Assembly: GCA_001643675.2 (NCBI GenBank)
Contig: LSRY02000056.1
Span: forward strand, 501,390-565,389
Source: Monocercomonoides exilis PA203
Lineage: Eukaryota; Protista; Preaxostyla
DNA: 64,000 nucleotides
Direction: 5' to 3'
Below the pieces are notes generated by a model, which made no database searches, was not told where the DNA came from, and saw only the letters and a program-made list of their open reading frames with translations. Numbering within the stretch: position 1 is the first letter of the stretch; every line of letters starts with the position of its first letter. Shown here piece after piece: positions 39,808 to 52,840 of this stretch. Made by a program: the position numbers and the translations under genes.

Positions 39808-42591
39808 TCAATCCCTGTGGTGCTTGTGAAATGAGTGTTTGCCGTGTGCTCTGCTGCTGCTTCGCTCTCTCGTCCTGTCTTTGCTTTCCTCCCTTCCTCT
39901 GGAATACTCTTTGTCTCTCTCCCACTCTCGCTCTTTCTCTCTCCCTCGTTCCCTTTCTTTCTCTTTCTCTTTTTCCTTCTCTCTGTCTCTCTTTCGGTCT
40001 TTTTCTCTTTCTTTTGCTTTAGCTTTTTCCCTTTCTCTATCCCTTTCTCTATCCCTTTCTCTTTCTTCACTCGCACCTGCTTCATAATTATGTTCATGAT
40101 GCTTCCTTTTCTCTTTCTCTCTTTCTCTTCTCCTCTCCTCGTCTCTGTGTCTGTGCCTTTCTTTCTCTTTCTCTTTCTCCTTCTCTCTTTCTCTCTCTCT
40201 TTCCGCCCGTCTTTCTCCGCTCCTCTCATTCTCTCTGTCTTTCGAATTGACGCTTTCGCTGTCGCTTTCCTTGCCATATGACTTGCTGTATCTTTTAACT
40301 CCTCCTTCCTTTTCACTCTCATTTTGCTCATCAGGCAAACGCCGCTCAGTTTCCCTTCCTCTTTCCTTCCCCTTTCTCTCTTTGTACATTTGCTGCTCTC
40401 CCTCTTTCTCTTTCATTATCTCTTTCTCATTCTCTGTTTCATTCCCACTTTCGCTCGATATTTTTTGATTCGCAAATTCGTCTTTCTCCTTTCTAACCAT
40501 ATTTTCTTGTGTGTTTCCTTCCAATTGCATTGTTTCTTGCTGATTTATTAATGTTTCGAAATGATGCGATGATTTCAAGGATGATGAAAAGTGCATTGAA
40601 GAAGAAGAAGAAGAAGAAGAAGAAGATGATGATGATGATGTCGTAGCAGACACGAAAGGCGAGGCAGAGGAATTTGAAGGCTTGGAAGATGAAGATGAAG
40701 ACGAAGAGGTGATGTGCAAAGAAGCAGAAGAAAAATCTGATGTGGATGAGAGTGAAGAAGTTATTTGTGTACTCAGCATCTGAGATGCTGAAGAAGAAGA
40801 AGAAGAGGATAAAGATGTAGAAGAAAGGGTATTTTGAATAGAAGATCTGGAGCTTTGCGAAGCAGAGGCAGAACCTGCTGATAGATTAGATGATGTGTAC
40901 TGTGCTGCCGCAGCTGATCCTTGTTGTCCAGTCATCCTCTGCTGTGCCTGACCGATGAATGGATGCATCTGCTGTTGTTGCTGAAGCTGATGCTGTTGAG
41001 GCAGAGGCTGCATCGGCAGCATGGCAGAGAACGGAGTTTGAAGTGGCAGATGATGCAGAGGTTGCTGCTGCTGTTGCTGTTGTTGCTGTTGTATTGCCTG
41101 GTAGGCAAATACTGGCTGCTGATAAGGAGCCATTCCCGAAGCCGCAACGACTGGAATCACACCCCCTGACATCGCCTGAGGCATCATCAAAGCTTGTGGC
41201 TGTTGTTGCTGAAGAGCCTGCTGCTGCTGCTGCTGGATGAGCGAAGGCTGGGGCTGAATTATTTGGCCGATGGAGTGAACAGACGGAGGATACAAAGATG
41301 ACATTTGTGAAGGAGCTTGGAGTGATTGCTGCTGTTGTTGTTGGAGTTGAAGAGAGAAACTTGTAGATGACGTTGTATATCCAGGCTGCGAATATTGTGC
41401 GTTGAAAGAGAGTGAAGTGCGAAGTTGAGACGGTTGGAGGAGATTTCTATCGTCCATTTGTTGTTGTTGTTGCTGCTGCTGTTGCTGTTGGGGAAGCAGT
41501 TGATTTTGAGGATATATCATTCCACGTGGTCCAGATGCAGGTTGCAAAGAGAAAGGAGACTCAGGAGACGGAAGACGAGGTACATATTCTGGTGTGGGAG
41601 AAAAGAAAATATGGAATTTTCTGTCAGACTCAGAAAATGTGAACGGAAGGAATGGGTTGCTGTAAGGAGAAGAAGACGTTGTTGGCGCAAGTGATCGGCC
41701 AAATTCAAGGCAATCTTTAAACGTGCAAATACAAGAACGAATATCTTCCAATTGTATCTGAGAATTTGTCCGCTTTATCATTTCTGTAACGTTTATTGGA
41801 TTATGTGTAATTGCACTTGCTAAACTTAACATCGCACAACCAATTATTAATGGAGTATACAAAAGAGTGATTGGATGATGCAATGACTCTTCATATAATG
41901 ACCAAGCAACTTCAATTGTTTTTTTGTCGTTTCCAACGCAGTGACCCAGTTTTATTAAATGAGGATATGTGTGATTAAAATAAAAATCAAAATCCAAAAA
42001 ATTCATCAAAATGATTTCATAGTTAAAAACAGTCTCTTTGATTTGATGGTATTCCTATAAAATCATAAACAATTTTCAATTTTCAGTGATAAAAATTTTG
42101 GAGAAAATACTTCTGAACTTTCATCAAAATGTTTTGCATTATCACCATATCGAGCGTAATTGTATGACCTGAGAACATTTTGAATCCTTTTAAAATGTTC
42201 TTCTATCTTTCCTGACAAAAAAATAGATGCGACAGCAACTATCTAGAACGTTACAAAGAAAAAAACGAGGAAAATGATTTGAATCGTGAAGCATTATTAA
42301 TACCTCACAGTCAAATTTTCGCATTGAGTTAAGCGTAAAAAATCGTTGATAAATATGGCATGCTGTAGCAGCAGGTGCAGTTAACCTGAATAAAATGCAC
42401 AACAATAATATTTCACTTGTTTATTTCGATTCAAACATTCCCAATTCTTTTGCCATTGTTTGGATCAAAAGACATCCACGATGACGCATTTCATGTTCAT
42501 CTCTCTCACTTACATTATCTTTCCGCGAAGGCGATTGCTGGATGTCAGAATGAGAGAAAAGTTTGCTATTGATCATTAGTGAATGGGTCAT
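39808..42591 (-). CDS. transcriptional cyclin (cyclin K/T/L family) with Gln-, Ser- and RE-rich tail
   Basis: SPSRKD..EHEMRHRGCLLIQ, ATACHIYQRFF, VAVASIFLSGKIEE, YEIILMNFLDFDF..HTY. Three introns. Confidence 0.88.
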
Positions 42592-42663
42592 GATCAAATT
42601 TTTAGCATTGTTACTCAATAATTCAGAATCTTAATGTTGAAGATATTATTTGATATAGAAAAA

Positions 42664-43182
42664 TTACTCTTTTGAAAATATGTCCTTGTTTGACAAGATT
42701 ATTTGCGAGGCAAGTTCAGAAGTTTCTTCTGGATATTCTCCATCAGCAAACTCTTTCATCTAAAAAAAATTTTTTCCACAAAACAAAATTAATAAATAAA
42801 TAATAAAATGAATTCCTCAAACCAATGTTAAAATATCTTCTTGTTTGTATCTCGGCTTCGTAAGGTATCGATACTCAGAGTTGTGAAGAAGACTATCCAA
42901 GCACATAAGAAGCGTAAATGCCTATTTAAAAAAAAATTAGAATAATATGATAATAAATAAAAATGAATATGGAATAAACATCATAACATGAAATTTAATT
43001 AGAAATATTAGAAAACAAATAAACATGAAAAATGAAAAATCGAAGAGAAATGGAAAGAGAAACAGATTGCAATCGCAATTATAAAAATAATAAAAATAAA
43101 AATAGAAATAAAAACAGAAATCAAAGGATAGAGATGTTAAGGCAGATGGAAACAAAAAGGATTGCTATGAATTTCTTTACGA

Positions 43183-43245
<63 letters not shown>

Positions 43246-44605
43246 ATTTATCACCTCTTCGTTTGCTGTGTCCATCTGCTCGACAAGCCGCAACAAAATG
43301 TCTATTGTCACAATTAAGCTGTTTCCAAAGCAGAACGAAGTGCAAAGCTCGCCAATAGACAAAATATGCAGGAAAAACGATGCTATCAATGAAAAAGTGC
43401 CTTTTGGATGAATAACTCGATTATTTCTCTCTGGATGTTCTTCATCGCTTTTCTTGCTTTTTGAATTTTCTTCTCCTTTTCCTCCTCCTTCTTCTCCTTC
43501 CTCTCCTTCTTCTTCATCAAACAAATCCTTCAATTTTTCTTTGAGACGCTTTCGCTGTTCTTCTGTTTCTTCCTCTTCATCGTCAAACTCTTCCATTTGC
43601 TTCTTCCTTTTGGCAATTTCTTCTTCACGTTGCTTACGTTTTCTCTCTTCCTCTTCTTTTTCTTTCTTCAGTCTTTCTTCTTCTCTCTTTTTTTCTTCCT
43701 CTTTTCTTCTTTCTTCCCTATCAAATTCTTCTTCTTCAGCTGGTTTTCCATCGTTCAAAACAGTCAGAAATGCGTCAATAAATGCTCTATGGCACGTATG
43801 GGTTATAATTACCGCAACAATAGGATCAATTGAGCTCATAGGGAAATGCATGGTTAATGCCACTAGACAGAGCACTGCCTCACGTGTCACATCTCCGTTC
43901 TCTAATTCTGTGAGATCCATTAAACATAAAGGCAAATCACACACTCCAAAAGTTGAAGCAACTGCAGAAGAGGAAGAAGAGGAAGAAGGGGTTGTAGATG
44001 CTGCAGAATGCGATTTCACAAAATACTGTTCAATAATTTCATTACTTAAAAGATGATTATTAATAAGTTGAAAAAGAATACGAAGTCCAGAAATTAAAAT
44101 ATCAGGCGAAGCTTAACATGTACATTATTATATGTTTAAAGCTATAAAGAAATGCAATTTCAAACTTCTTTCTTTTTCAACAATCTCCTTTACGAACATA
44201 AAAAAATCGCGACTTTTCAAAATATCCATCACAATTTCCGGAATTCCGAATGTTGAAAGAATAATATTGATTATTTTTGCTGTATTGCTTGGAATAGGAG
44301 GGGGATATGGAGGAATCTTCAAAACAAAAATCACAGCATATTCAATCAAAATCCACGAATTCAAGAGTTAAAAATAAAAAGCAAACCGATACTGACCACA
44401 AAAATATCTTTTTCACATCAATATCTTCAATTGTTTCAATCTCTTCAGCTTTCATTAAAAGATTGAAAACAACATTTCATAAAGCAAATTTTTGTTTTAA
44501 CATGTTAAATTTAAATACTATTTTCAAGCTAATGAAATAAAAATTAGCATACAGACCATCAAATTGTTCAAGAATTAAACAAGTTTCCTCTTCGATTTTG
44601 CTCAT
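42664..44605 (-). CDS. SPIN90/NCKIPSD/Ldb17-like (WDS family) armadillo protein, candidate Arp2/3 activator
   Basis: LCLVALTMHF..DPIVAVI..AFIDAFLTVLNDG, FCFGNSLIVTIDILLRLV and LLMCLDSLLHNSEY..RYKQEDI parallel the SPIN90 C-terminal domain. Multi-exon, with a charged insertion. Confidence 0.6.
43183..43243. repeat. (AC)n microsatellite fused to poly(A), intronic
   Basis: Directly visible. Confidence 0.95.
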
Positions 44606-44769
44606 TAAATGAAAACGTGAGTATTTTGATCTCAACATATTATCTTGTAATTATCTCGAAAAGATTTAGCTGAAATTTGAATGTTCAACCAATTTTTGAC
44701 AAGCAAAACGTGTGAAATTCAATTAATTTTTGTCTGTCATTCAAACTGATGACCCCTTAATTAATAATC

Positions 44770-45186
44770 ATGTCTGAAGAAGAAAGTGAACAAATTGGTA
44801 CACCTCGTATCAATGCATCCATGTTTCCTGCAATGATTGGAAAAACCGTTCGAATTGTTGGAAAATACGAAGGCCAATTTTCTGAAGATGGATCTGAAGG
44901 AATCATCATCACCACATCTGATGGGAAAAAAGTGAATGTAATTCAAGATCCTGGAGATTCTGCACCAACAAATCAGTATATTGAAGTTCTTGGAAACGTT
45001 ATCAATGAAAATTCCATTCAAGAAGTTTTTCTAGTGGATTTTGGAGATTCATTTGGTTTGAAAATTTAAATTGAGATTTTTGTTCATTTTATTAATTATC
45101 GTAAATAAACATTTTCGTTAGATCTTGGATTGTATGATCAATGCGTTAAATTAATTAACGGGCCTTTCAAATCTCTTTTCATGTGA
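44770..45186 (+). CDS. RPA3: replication protein A 14 kDa subunit
   Basis: TPRINASMF..IGKTVRIVGK, YIEVLGNV, DFGDSF|DLGLYDQCVKL. One intron at about 45056-45121. Confidence 0.9.
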
Positions 45187-45435
45187 ATATTTCATTTCTC
45201 ACCTCATTTTCAATCCACCTTCTTTCTTTGCATAATTTTAAATCTTCTTTTCAATATCACTTAAAATTTATACAAAAAATCTTCAATAAAAACATCAAAG
45301 TTAAAATATATATTTGATTATTTGTTTTTTCAACTTAAAAAGCATTCAAAACTAAAACTTCAAAAATAAAAAAAACATAACGAACTTAAAATCTAAAATA
45401 AAAACCAATAATTATAAAATGTCATAAAAAATTCC

Positions 45436-46558
45436 TTAATACCAATAAATTTCATATTTAAGAAAGATAAAAATCCACAAGTCCAGGTATTTTATTTTTT
45501 ATTAGTTCCTTTAATGAATAACCCATCTTCTCCATTTCAGGATCAGATACCTTCGCCTTTTCGTCTCGAGAAGGTGCAGTGACTTTGATAGAACAAATGC
45601 AGTTATAGATTTGTTCATAGTTATCTTTTGTACAAAAGAAAAGATATCGATTGCATTATCAAAAATGTGAAAAAGCGATTCATACTGAATATAGTATCAC
45701 AAATCCTAAGATAAAGCAGTGAATTCAACGATAAATCCTCGCTCCATTCGTCTGGACGAATTGTGCAAGGTAATATAATTTTCAACATCGAGGAAATTGC
45801 AGAAAGAAAAGAGTACGCAAAATATAAAACACTTTCAACGCGTTGCCAATCCTCTTTTGTAAAAGAAGTTGTCTGAGAAATAACTTGGACAATAACACTT
45901 TCTTCGCTCGTTATCTCAGAAGAATCAGGGAACTTTAACGTATCTATACTTAGAACTTTTAAGTTATTTTGATACATCCACTGCATAAAACTTAAGCGCC
46001 TGAGAAGTTCAAAATCTTTTTTTGAAAATTTAATAACAAAGATAGACATTGATATAATGTCATTCCTCAAGCTAAAGCAAAGGCAAACCTTTTGATGGAG
46101 AAATTTCCTGCTTTTCACAACCCGAATCTTGATTAGTTTTCGATTTCAAAATCAATTTTGAAGTATCAAGAACTTCATCTTTGAGTTTATTCCTCAGTTG
46201 CTCCACTAAAACATTCATACGTACAAACAAAAAAATATTTTGTAAAAAATAAAACAATACAGCAACACAAAAAATACATTTTTCCCCTTCCGCTTTTTTT
46301 TGCGCAATTAATGAATCAATCTGGCCAATTTGCTGAATGAGTTCTAAAATGGAGATAAATTTTTGAACAAAAATTATAGTGATCAAGATAAACTTATTTT
46401 TTTCTCGTCATTTGCGGTTATCTGATTTGTTGAATCTTAAATAAAAAAAGATTGTGAAAATTCATTCCATCTCATAAAATGATAAAAAATCAACTTTCTG
46501 GTGCGCATTTCCTGCAAACAAGAAAAATAGACGAGTTTTCACATTTTGAGCATTTCAT
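45436..46558 (-). CDS. candidate Atg14/UVRAG/Vps38-family subunit of the class III PI3K complex
   Basis: N-terminal MKCSKC..LVCRKC, then a coiled coil, then VESVLYFAYSFLSAISSMLKIILPCTI resembling the (S)AALG(Y)xxxLVxxxxxYLxxxLPYxI helix. Multi-exon; the 3' end is uncertain. Confidence 0.5.
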
Positions 46559-46674
46559 TACTTCCAAAATTGAAAATATTGAAGCAAATTAAAATTTCGA
46601 TCAAAGCTAAATATTTACCCAATATATATTTATTCATCAATTAATTAATTTATAATGGCACATCATTTTAGAAA

Positions 46675-47172
46675 ATGAAAATAGTTCAGTTTATTATTCC
46701 AATTCCTTTGACTTTAGAAGAATACGAAATCGGACATTTGTGTGTTTTTTTATTTGTAAAGAAAGAGGAAAGTATTTGCTTATATTTTTTAAGGTATATG
46801 GTTGCAAAATCTTCAAGACAAAACAGCGCAAAGGGCGATGGAGTTGAAGTTATAAAAAATGAACCGTACAATAAAGATGGTGTACATGGGCAGTATACAC
46901 TTAAGGTTTTCAAAATTTCATTTATTCATGAAAGTATTTGTTTTTTTCCTATGATATTGCGCAATTTGAAAGAGAATGTATATATCATCTAGGATTCCTA
47001 AGTTTTTGAGTATGATTTTACCAAGCGATGCACTTACCCTTGAGGAGGAATCATGGAATGCGTTTCCTTATACAAAGACAGTTTATAAGAATTTGTGGAT
47101 GAAAGATTCATTTTCTTTAACGATTGAATCAATGCACATTGAAGGAGCAGACATACCTGAAAATGTTAGAAA

Positions 47173-47259
<87 letters not shown>

Positions 47260-48261
47260 CGATTTTAAACAAACTTCTTTTTTTCATTCTTTCAACTTTG
47301 TGTTTTTTTAAGCCAGTAAACCTTTCAGACGAAGAATTGAAATCTTGTTCTGTAGAGACTCTTGATATTGGAGAACCAGTTGTTTGGGACTGTTGTTTTT
47401 TTAATTGCTTTCTTGTTCACATGTCATATTTTTTTTTTTTTTTGAAAAAAAAATGTACACTTTTAACAGGAACGCAAAATTACACGCGAGTACAATTGCA
47501 ACGAAGATCCAACAATTTACAAGTCAATGAAGACAGAGCGCGGCCCTCTGTTCCCTGGCTGGTGGAGGACAGCCAAAAAGAAAGGGTGGCCGCTGACGGT
47601 CGCGTGCAAAGTGATGAAGATTGACTTCCAGTGGTTTGGGCTGCAGACGATTGCGGAGAGCTACGCAGTGTCTCTCTGCCGGTCGATCTTTGCGGATGCG
47701 CACCGGCAGCAGTTCTGCTGGCTGGATGAGTACTTTGGGTTGACGATGTACGACGTGCGGATATTCGAGAAGAGAGAGCTCGAGGCTGCGAAGAGGGCAC
47801 TGGAAGGAGTGAATGAGGGGGAGGAGGAGGAAGAGGAAGAAGAAGATAATGTTGGAGGTAACAAAGAAGATGAAGAAGTGGAAGAAGATGGAGAGAAAGC
47901 AAGCGATGAAGAAGGATATGATGGTGAAAAGGAAGAGAAAGCGAATAAGGAAGAAAATGACACTTGCGATTGTTCCTGTAGGCTGCCGTGGGAGAAGAAA
48001 GACACAGAGAAAGAAAAAGATATCTTCATAGACGAGAACGAGAAATTGGAAGGGCTGCCAAAGTATATTGATACAAACGAACTTTTATACAAAGAGGAGA
48101 TTGAAAAAGCCAAAGATACAAATGTGGGGGACGAAAATGTGTGTTCCACTCATTCTTCTATATTACCCGAAACACATTCAGACTCCTCCACTTCAGCAAC
48201 TTCGCATTCAACCATTGCTCCTTCATCTGCTGTTCCTGAATCAGAAGATCACCAAAGCCAG

Positions 48262-48292
<31 letters not shown>

Positions 48293-48405
48293 CTACCCAG
48301 CCAGTTTCTTCGGATGTTCCGATAAACCAATCAAACTTAGCATCTACTTCTACTGCAGCGCCTTCTCAAGTGGATTCTTCTGTGCAAGGACCTCAGAAAG
48401 AGTAA
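46675..48405 (+). CDS. phosphatidylinositol transfer protein (PITP, START-like IP_trans) with acidic/Ser-rich tail
   Basis: PLTLEEYEIGHLYMVAK, GDGVEVIKNEPY, GQYTLK, EESWNAFPYTKT, KTERGPL, WFGLQT and HRQQFCWLDEYFGLTMYDVR. Four introns. Confidence 0.95.
47174..47259. repeat. (ATT)n microsatellite (~28 units) in PITP intron 3
   Basis: Directly visible perfect repeat. Confidence 0.97.
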
Positions 48406-49028
48406 CTGTTGTTATTTTTGGCTGGCTTATAGATTGTGCTTCATATGCTAAATTGATTTATTGTTATTTTTTGTTGGATGAATTTCACTTTGCTTGTCTA
48501 TTTCTTTTCTTTTCTTTTTTTTATAAACCCATCAAAAACAAAAATTTCATGGTTTTCACTCATGCTTGTTTAGATTATTATTTATGTGTATTTTATCTTG
48601 CGTTTTGTTTCAGTTATTTGGTGGATGTGTTATTGTGATAATTATTTTTTCCCCCTTCTTTTTTGACACAAGACGATTTGGTATGCATATCAGCAGTCTT
48701 ATCGTTTTGAAATGGTTAATTTTTAATTTTTGAGAAGCTTTAATCTTGAATAACAGTTTTGCCTTTTCATTTTTTTGATTTTTAAAAAGATATTTATCTT
48801 GAAGATTGTTTTAGTGAAAACATATTTCTTTTTGTTTGAAAAAAGCGTTTTTCTTTTTTTTCTGAGAAAGAATCTTGAAGAGCAATAAATTTTAGAAAGA
48901 AGAAAATCAAAAAAAAACCTGTTGCAGTAAATAAAATTGCTCACCGGCTTTATAAAAATCCCAGAAAGAACAATATCTTTGAAAAAATTCATTCAAAACA
49001 AAAAAAAATTCAAACAAATAATTTTCAT

Positions 49029-51353
49029 CTATTTATTGTAATTCTGTGCATCAGCTTCTTTGCTCATCCTTCTCAAAATACGAGTGCGCCTTCCTGGGTT
49101 CTTCATCCTCTTCTTTTTCTCCTTTTTGCTCTGGTCAACGCTTCCTCTAACGAAAGCTGGAACAAACGGCCAGTAATGTTTGTCTTCTGTTATACACATT
49201 TGAAATGTTTCTATTAAAATCTCCAGTTTCTTTTCGCAAAATGAGCAATATGTTGTCTCCTTGTGATTATTCGAAAGGCAATAACTCGTTTGCGACGAAG
49301 TGAAAGACGAAAGAGGTTGCAATGACGGTTGCAATGATGAAAAGAAAGGAATACAATTGCCCATCTCTTCATTCTTCTGCACCATTTCATTAAAAGAACT
49401 AAAAGAAGAAGACGAATAAGCTCCTCTAAAAAGTGTCTTCAAATAGAATGGTGTCACAATAACTTCTTCATTTTCGTATTTCTGCTCTTCTTTGTTCGAG
49501 GCATCATGCAAATCACATCGAGAGAGAGATAATTCTCGTCCATCTGGTGCAGAGTTAGGTGAATGTGGAGGAGCATCGCATTTATTGATGCTATTAAAGG
49601 GATGCGATAGCAAAAAAGATGCAGGCGTTTGTGAAGATGAAGCAGTATGAGTTTTTGAAGAAGGAAAATAACGTGAACAATCTGATTGCACAAAGCGCTC
49701 TTTGGTGAAATGCCTGTCATTGTGAAACTGATGTCTGACTTGTGGTTGTTCAAACGGGTAAGCATTTGATTCCTCATTCTCAAATGATGTTTGAGCAGCC
49801 ACTTTATAACCATGCGACGCTGTTCTATAAAAAGGCAATGCGTGCGATGAATCTCGATTAGAAGTGAGCGTTGAAGAAAGCCGAGAGGAAATTTCAGGCT
49901 TTTCAGAAGCAGCCGAATCAGAAAGAGAACATATAGAGTCGTATGAGTCTGAAGACCTAATGCGTTTCGAGTCATATCCACCGGGAAAAGAATCAAAAGA
50001 ATGTATTTGAGTACAAACAGAAGAGTATTGATTGGAAAAGCCTGTATAGTGTTCAAGAAGGTTATCAAGTTGCGGCTCCTCTTTGCTTTCTTTCTTTTGT
50101 TCTTTGTTTGAAATTTCAGTTTCTCCTTTCTGTTTCCTTTCTGACAAATCTTCGCTATCCAAATTGTCATCCACAACTTTCTCATCTTCTTTAATTCCAA
50201 ACACATTCGAGCGAACAACCATTTCCTTCACAGTTTCAGATTCCTCTTCTCTCTTTCGCTCTTTCTTTTCTTTCTTTTCAATCATTTGCAGCAGCTCTCC
50301 TCTTTCGTCCTCTTCCATTTCGCTTCCTTCAAACAGCAGTCTATTTCGCAGCTCTTCGAGCGTGACTATGCTTCTTTCTTGCTCTTCATACACCAATTTT
50401 TCTTTTGACTCTTCGTCTTTCTCTCTTGAAAGCATTTCTGCTTTGTCCCACAGCTGCTTCTCCTCTGCGCAGATGCCCCAGTCTTTGGACAGCCAAATTC
50501 CGTATCTCTTAAAATGCTTCTTTGCATCTTCTATTTGATGCTCAACAAGCCTTCGCTTTTTCTCGTCAAAGCAAAGCAGCTCATCTTCTTCATTGGTATC
50601 TTCGTCTTCAAAAGACTTGACATCTTTCACGTTCAAATCAAGGAATTTGGAACACGAACTTTTATATTTTTCATCTGGATTTTCCGTTCTTTTATATTTA
50701 TCAGATGCACTTTTTATGTATGAAAGATCCTTTACAGCTTTAAATTTGTGCTTCATGTCTTCATTTCTCCATTTTGTGAGTAATTCTCTGCTATCATATA
50801 ACTGATTAACTTTAACTTGAATTGTTTCTGATGTATATTTGATGTGACTCGGTAAAATTTGCGTTACGGATAGATTTCTCCATGTTAAATTTGGAATATC
50901 AGAAAATCTTGAGTCCAACAATTGCAAAGGTTCATGATCATTTTTTTTCGGATGTAAATTCAAATTAATAGAATTTGTTTCATGTTGCTGATTAAAAGTA
51001 CCAAGCGTCTTGTTCAAACCCTCTGAAGAAGATGATGTTCTTGAATAAAATTGTGTTTCTTCAATTGACGCACGTTGCAGCTTCATTCCAATATTTTGAC
51101 TTTTGTTTTGCACAAAAGCAAAATGTTTTATTGCATTTTCGTTGTGTACATATGCTGCATTCGAGAATTTTGAATTATCACTAAAGCTCCATTGATTTTT
51201 ACACAAAGACGAAGCAAACGGGGATGAAGAAGCAAAAGAAGAATGATATGCTTCGGGGCTTTGGTGCCTTTTTGATGAATATGAAATCGAAAATCCTTCA
51301 TTTTCTTCACCAAAAATTACACAACAATGCCAAGCAAAAATTAATATAGACAA
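49029..51353 (-). CDS. hypothetical protein (charged coiled coil and Ser-rich regions), true start uncertain
   Basis: 774-codon open frame. The 5' end looks intronic, so an upstream exon near 51450-51540 is probable. Confidence 0.65.
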   Translation of the reverse strand: MSILIFAWHCCVIFGEENEGFSISYSSKRHQSPEAYHSSFASSSPFASSLCKNQWSFSDNSKFSNAAYVHNENAIKHFAFVQNKSQNIGMKLQRASIEETQFYSRTSSSSEGLNKTLGTFNQQHETNSINLNLHPKKNDHEPLQLLDSRFSDIPNLTWRNLSVTQILPSHIKYTSETIQVKVNQLYDSRELLTKWRNEDMKHKFKAVKDLSYIKSASDKYKRTENPDEKYKSSCSKFLDLNVKDVKSFEDEDTNEEDELLCFDEKKRRLVEHQIEDAKKHFKRYGIWLSKDWGICAEEKQLWDKAEMLSREKDEESKEKLVYEEQERSIVTLEELRNRLLFEGSEMEEDERGELLQMIEKKEKKERKREEESETVKEMVVRSNVFGIKEDEKVVDDNLDSEDLSERKQKGETEISNKEQKKESKEEPQLDNLLEHYTGFSNQYSSVCTQIHSFDSFPGGYDSKRIRSSDSYDSICSLSDSAASEKPEISSRLSSTLTSNRDSSHALPFYRTASHGYKVAAQTSFENEESNAYPFEQPQVRHQFHNDRHFTKERFVQSDCSRYFPSSKTHTASSSQTPASFLLSHPFNSINKCDAPPHSPNSAPDGRELSLSRCDLHDASNKEEQKYENEEVIVTPFYLKTLFRGAYSSSSFSSFNEMVQKNEEMGNCIPFFSSLQPSLQPLSSFTSSQTSYCLSNNHKETTYCSFCEKKLEILIETFQMCITEDKHYWPFVPAFVRGSVDQSKKEKKKRMKNPGRRTRILRRMSKEADAQNYNK

Positions 51354-52840
51354 ACAAAAAACTTTCTCACACCATATGGTAATTTCGTTTGAAAATATAA
51401 TAAATTCATAGTATGTTAATTATTCTTTCGAAAGTTAAAAAAATCCAACCATTTATTGAAAATTTTTATTATGCATTGGGTTGTCTCATTTGTTTTAAAA
51501 GCAAATATCGATTCACCATTAACTTGTTTTTTTCATGTTTTTGCGTTTCTGGAAAATATTAACCTTTATTTTCTATTTTTCGCTATCAATTTTTTTTTCT
51601 TCCAAATAATTCGAGGAAAAAGCAAAAATTAACAAAAAATTCTTATTCACCATCTACAAAAAAAGAATTACTTGAAAAACACAAGCTTCATGGGAATGGA
51701 ATGTTCGAAATTAGATGGAATACAATAATAGCTCAGAGTTTTGAAAACTGAATGAAAAATATTCTGAATTCCGAGAAATAATCGAAAAGTTCGATGTTCA
51801 TTATGCGAGCTTGTGGGAATCGGGAAAATCTTCAAAATGAGACACTTTTTTACGAAAAATGCTTGAACTTCAAAACAAAGGGCAAAAAAATACAAGAAAA
51901 GGGCAGCCGCTGAAATTTATTCTCCTCCATTTACATTTATTCATATGCTTTTTTGTGTGGGATATCGTTTCAACTCAGGCGGGAGAATGCAACCGTTACA
52001 ACTTTCAAATGTTTTATAAAATTTATTACAATGGAATGTCTTCAAGGAATTATCGAAGAAAGTGGCTAAAATTGATGAAGCAAAGCTGCCTAGAAAAATA
52101 GTGGTTTTGGAAAAGTGCGTTGTGAAAGCATAAAATTCACGTTTATCGGAAAAGAAGATAAGCACGCGAGCCAATTTAGAGTTGAATGAAATCTTGAAGA
52201 AAGGAATCGATTTGAGAGTTTTCTGATGATCGAAATAGGAAAAGAAAGGCGAACGGAACAAGAAGAAAAATAGAAAGAAGAATGAAAAGCACTTATCTTC
52301 ACGAACAATACTGAAGCATCAATAAGATTTGTATCATTTCAGATCACCAAAAACTGTCCAGACTTTCAAAAAAGACAATTTCACATAACTGATGCTTTAT
52401 TTAAAAAAAACCGAAAAAAATATCAGAGAATAAAAATATACACGAAATCTGAAGCCGATGCATTGAAACATAAAAAAAAATCAATGAACATTCATTATTT
52501 CGAAGCACGACAATTATTTGGAAAAGGACTATCAATGTCAACTTATCATTCAGTATTTTTATCTAAAGTTCATCACGAAATATTATTTTATTTATTTTTA
52601 TTCGGCTTTGGCTTTGAACGGAACTTGTGAATGAATTTTTGGATTGATTCAACTGAGATTAATGAATAACACTCAAAATGGTCATTGTCCTCATTTTCCC
52701 GCATCTGAAGGAAAATTGAAGATCAATTGAATTATTTGTTTTTGAACGCAATTCAGTTATCAATAATGGGCGGAACGAAAGATCGAAGAAGCAAACACTT
52801 TCTCGTTTTTAAAATTGAGTTTTTGCTGGGAGAAAATCAA

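Noticed and set aside
46905-46990. Apparent non-canonical intron in PITP (VFKIS / SRIP junction)
   Set aside because: A canonical GT-AG intron (aag|gttttc...gaaag|aga) gives GQYTLK-RMYISSRIP, matching PITP spacing.
47174-47259. Poly-Ile/poly-Leu ORFs
   Set aside because: Intronic (ATT)n microsatellite, not coding.
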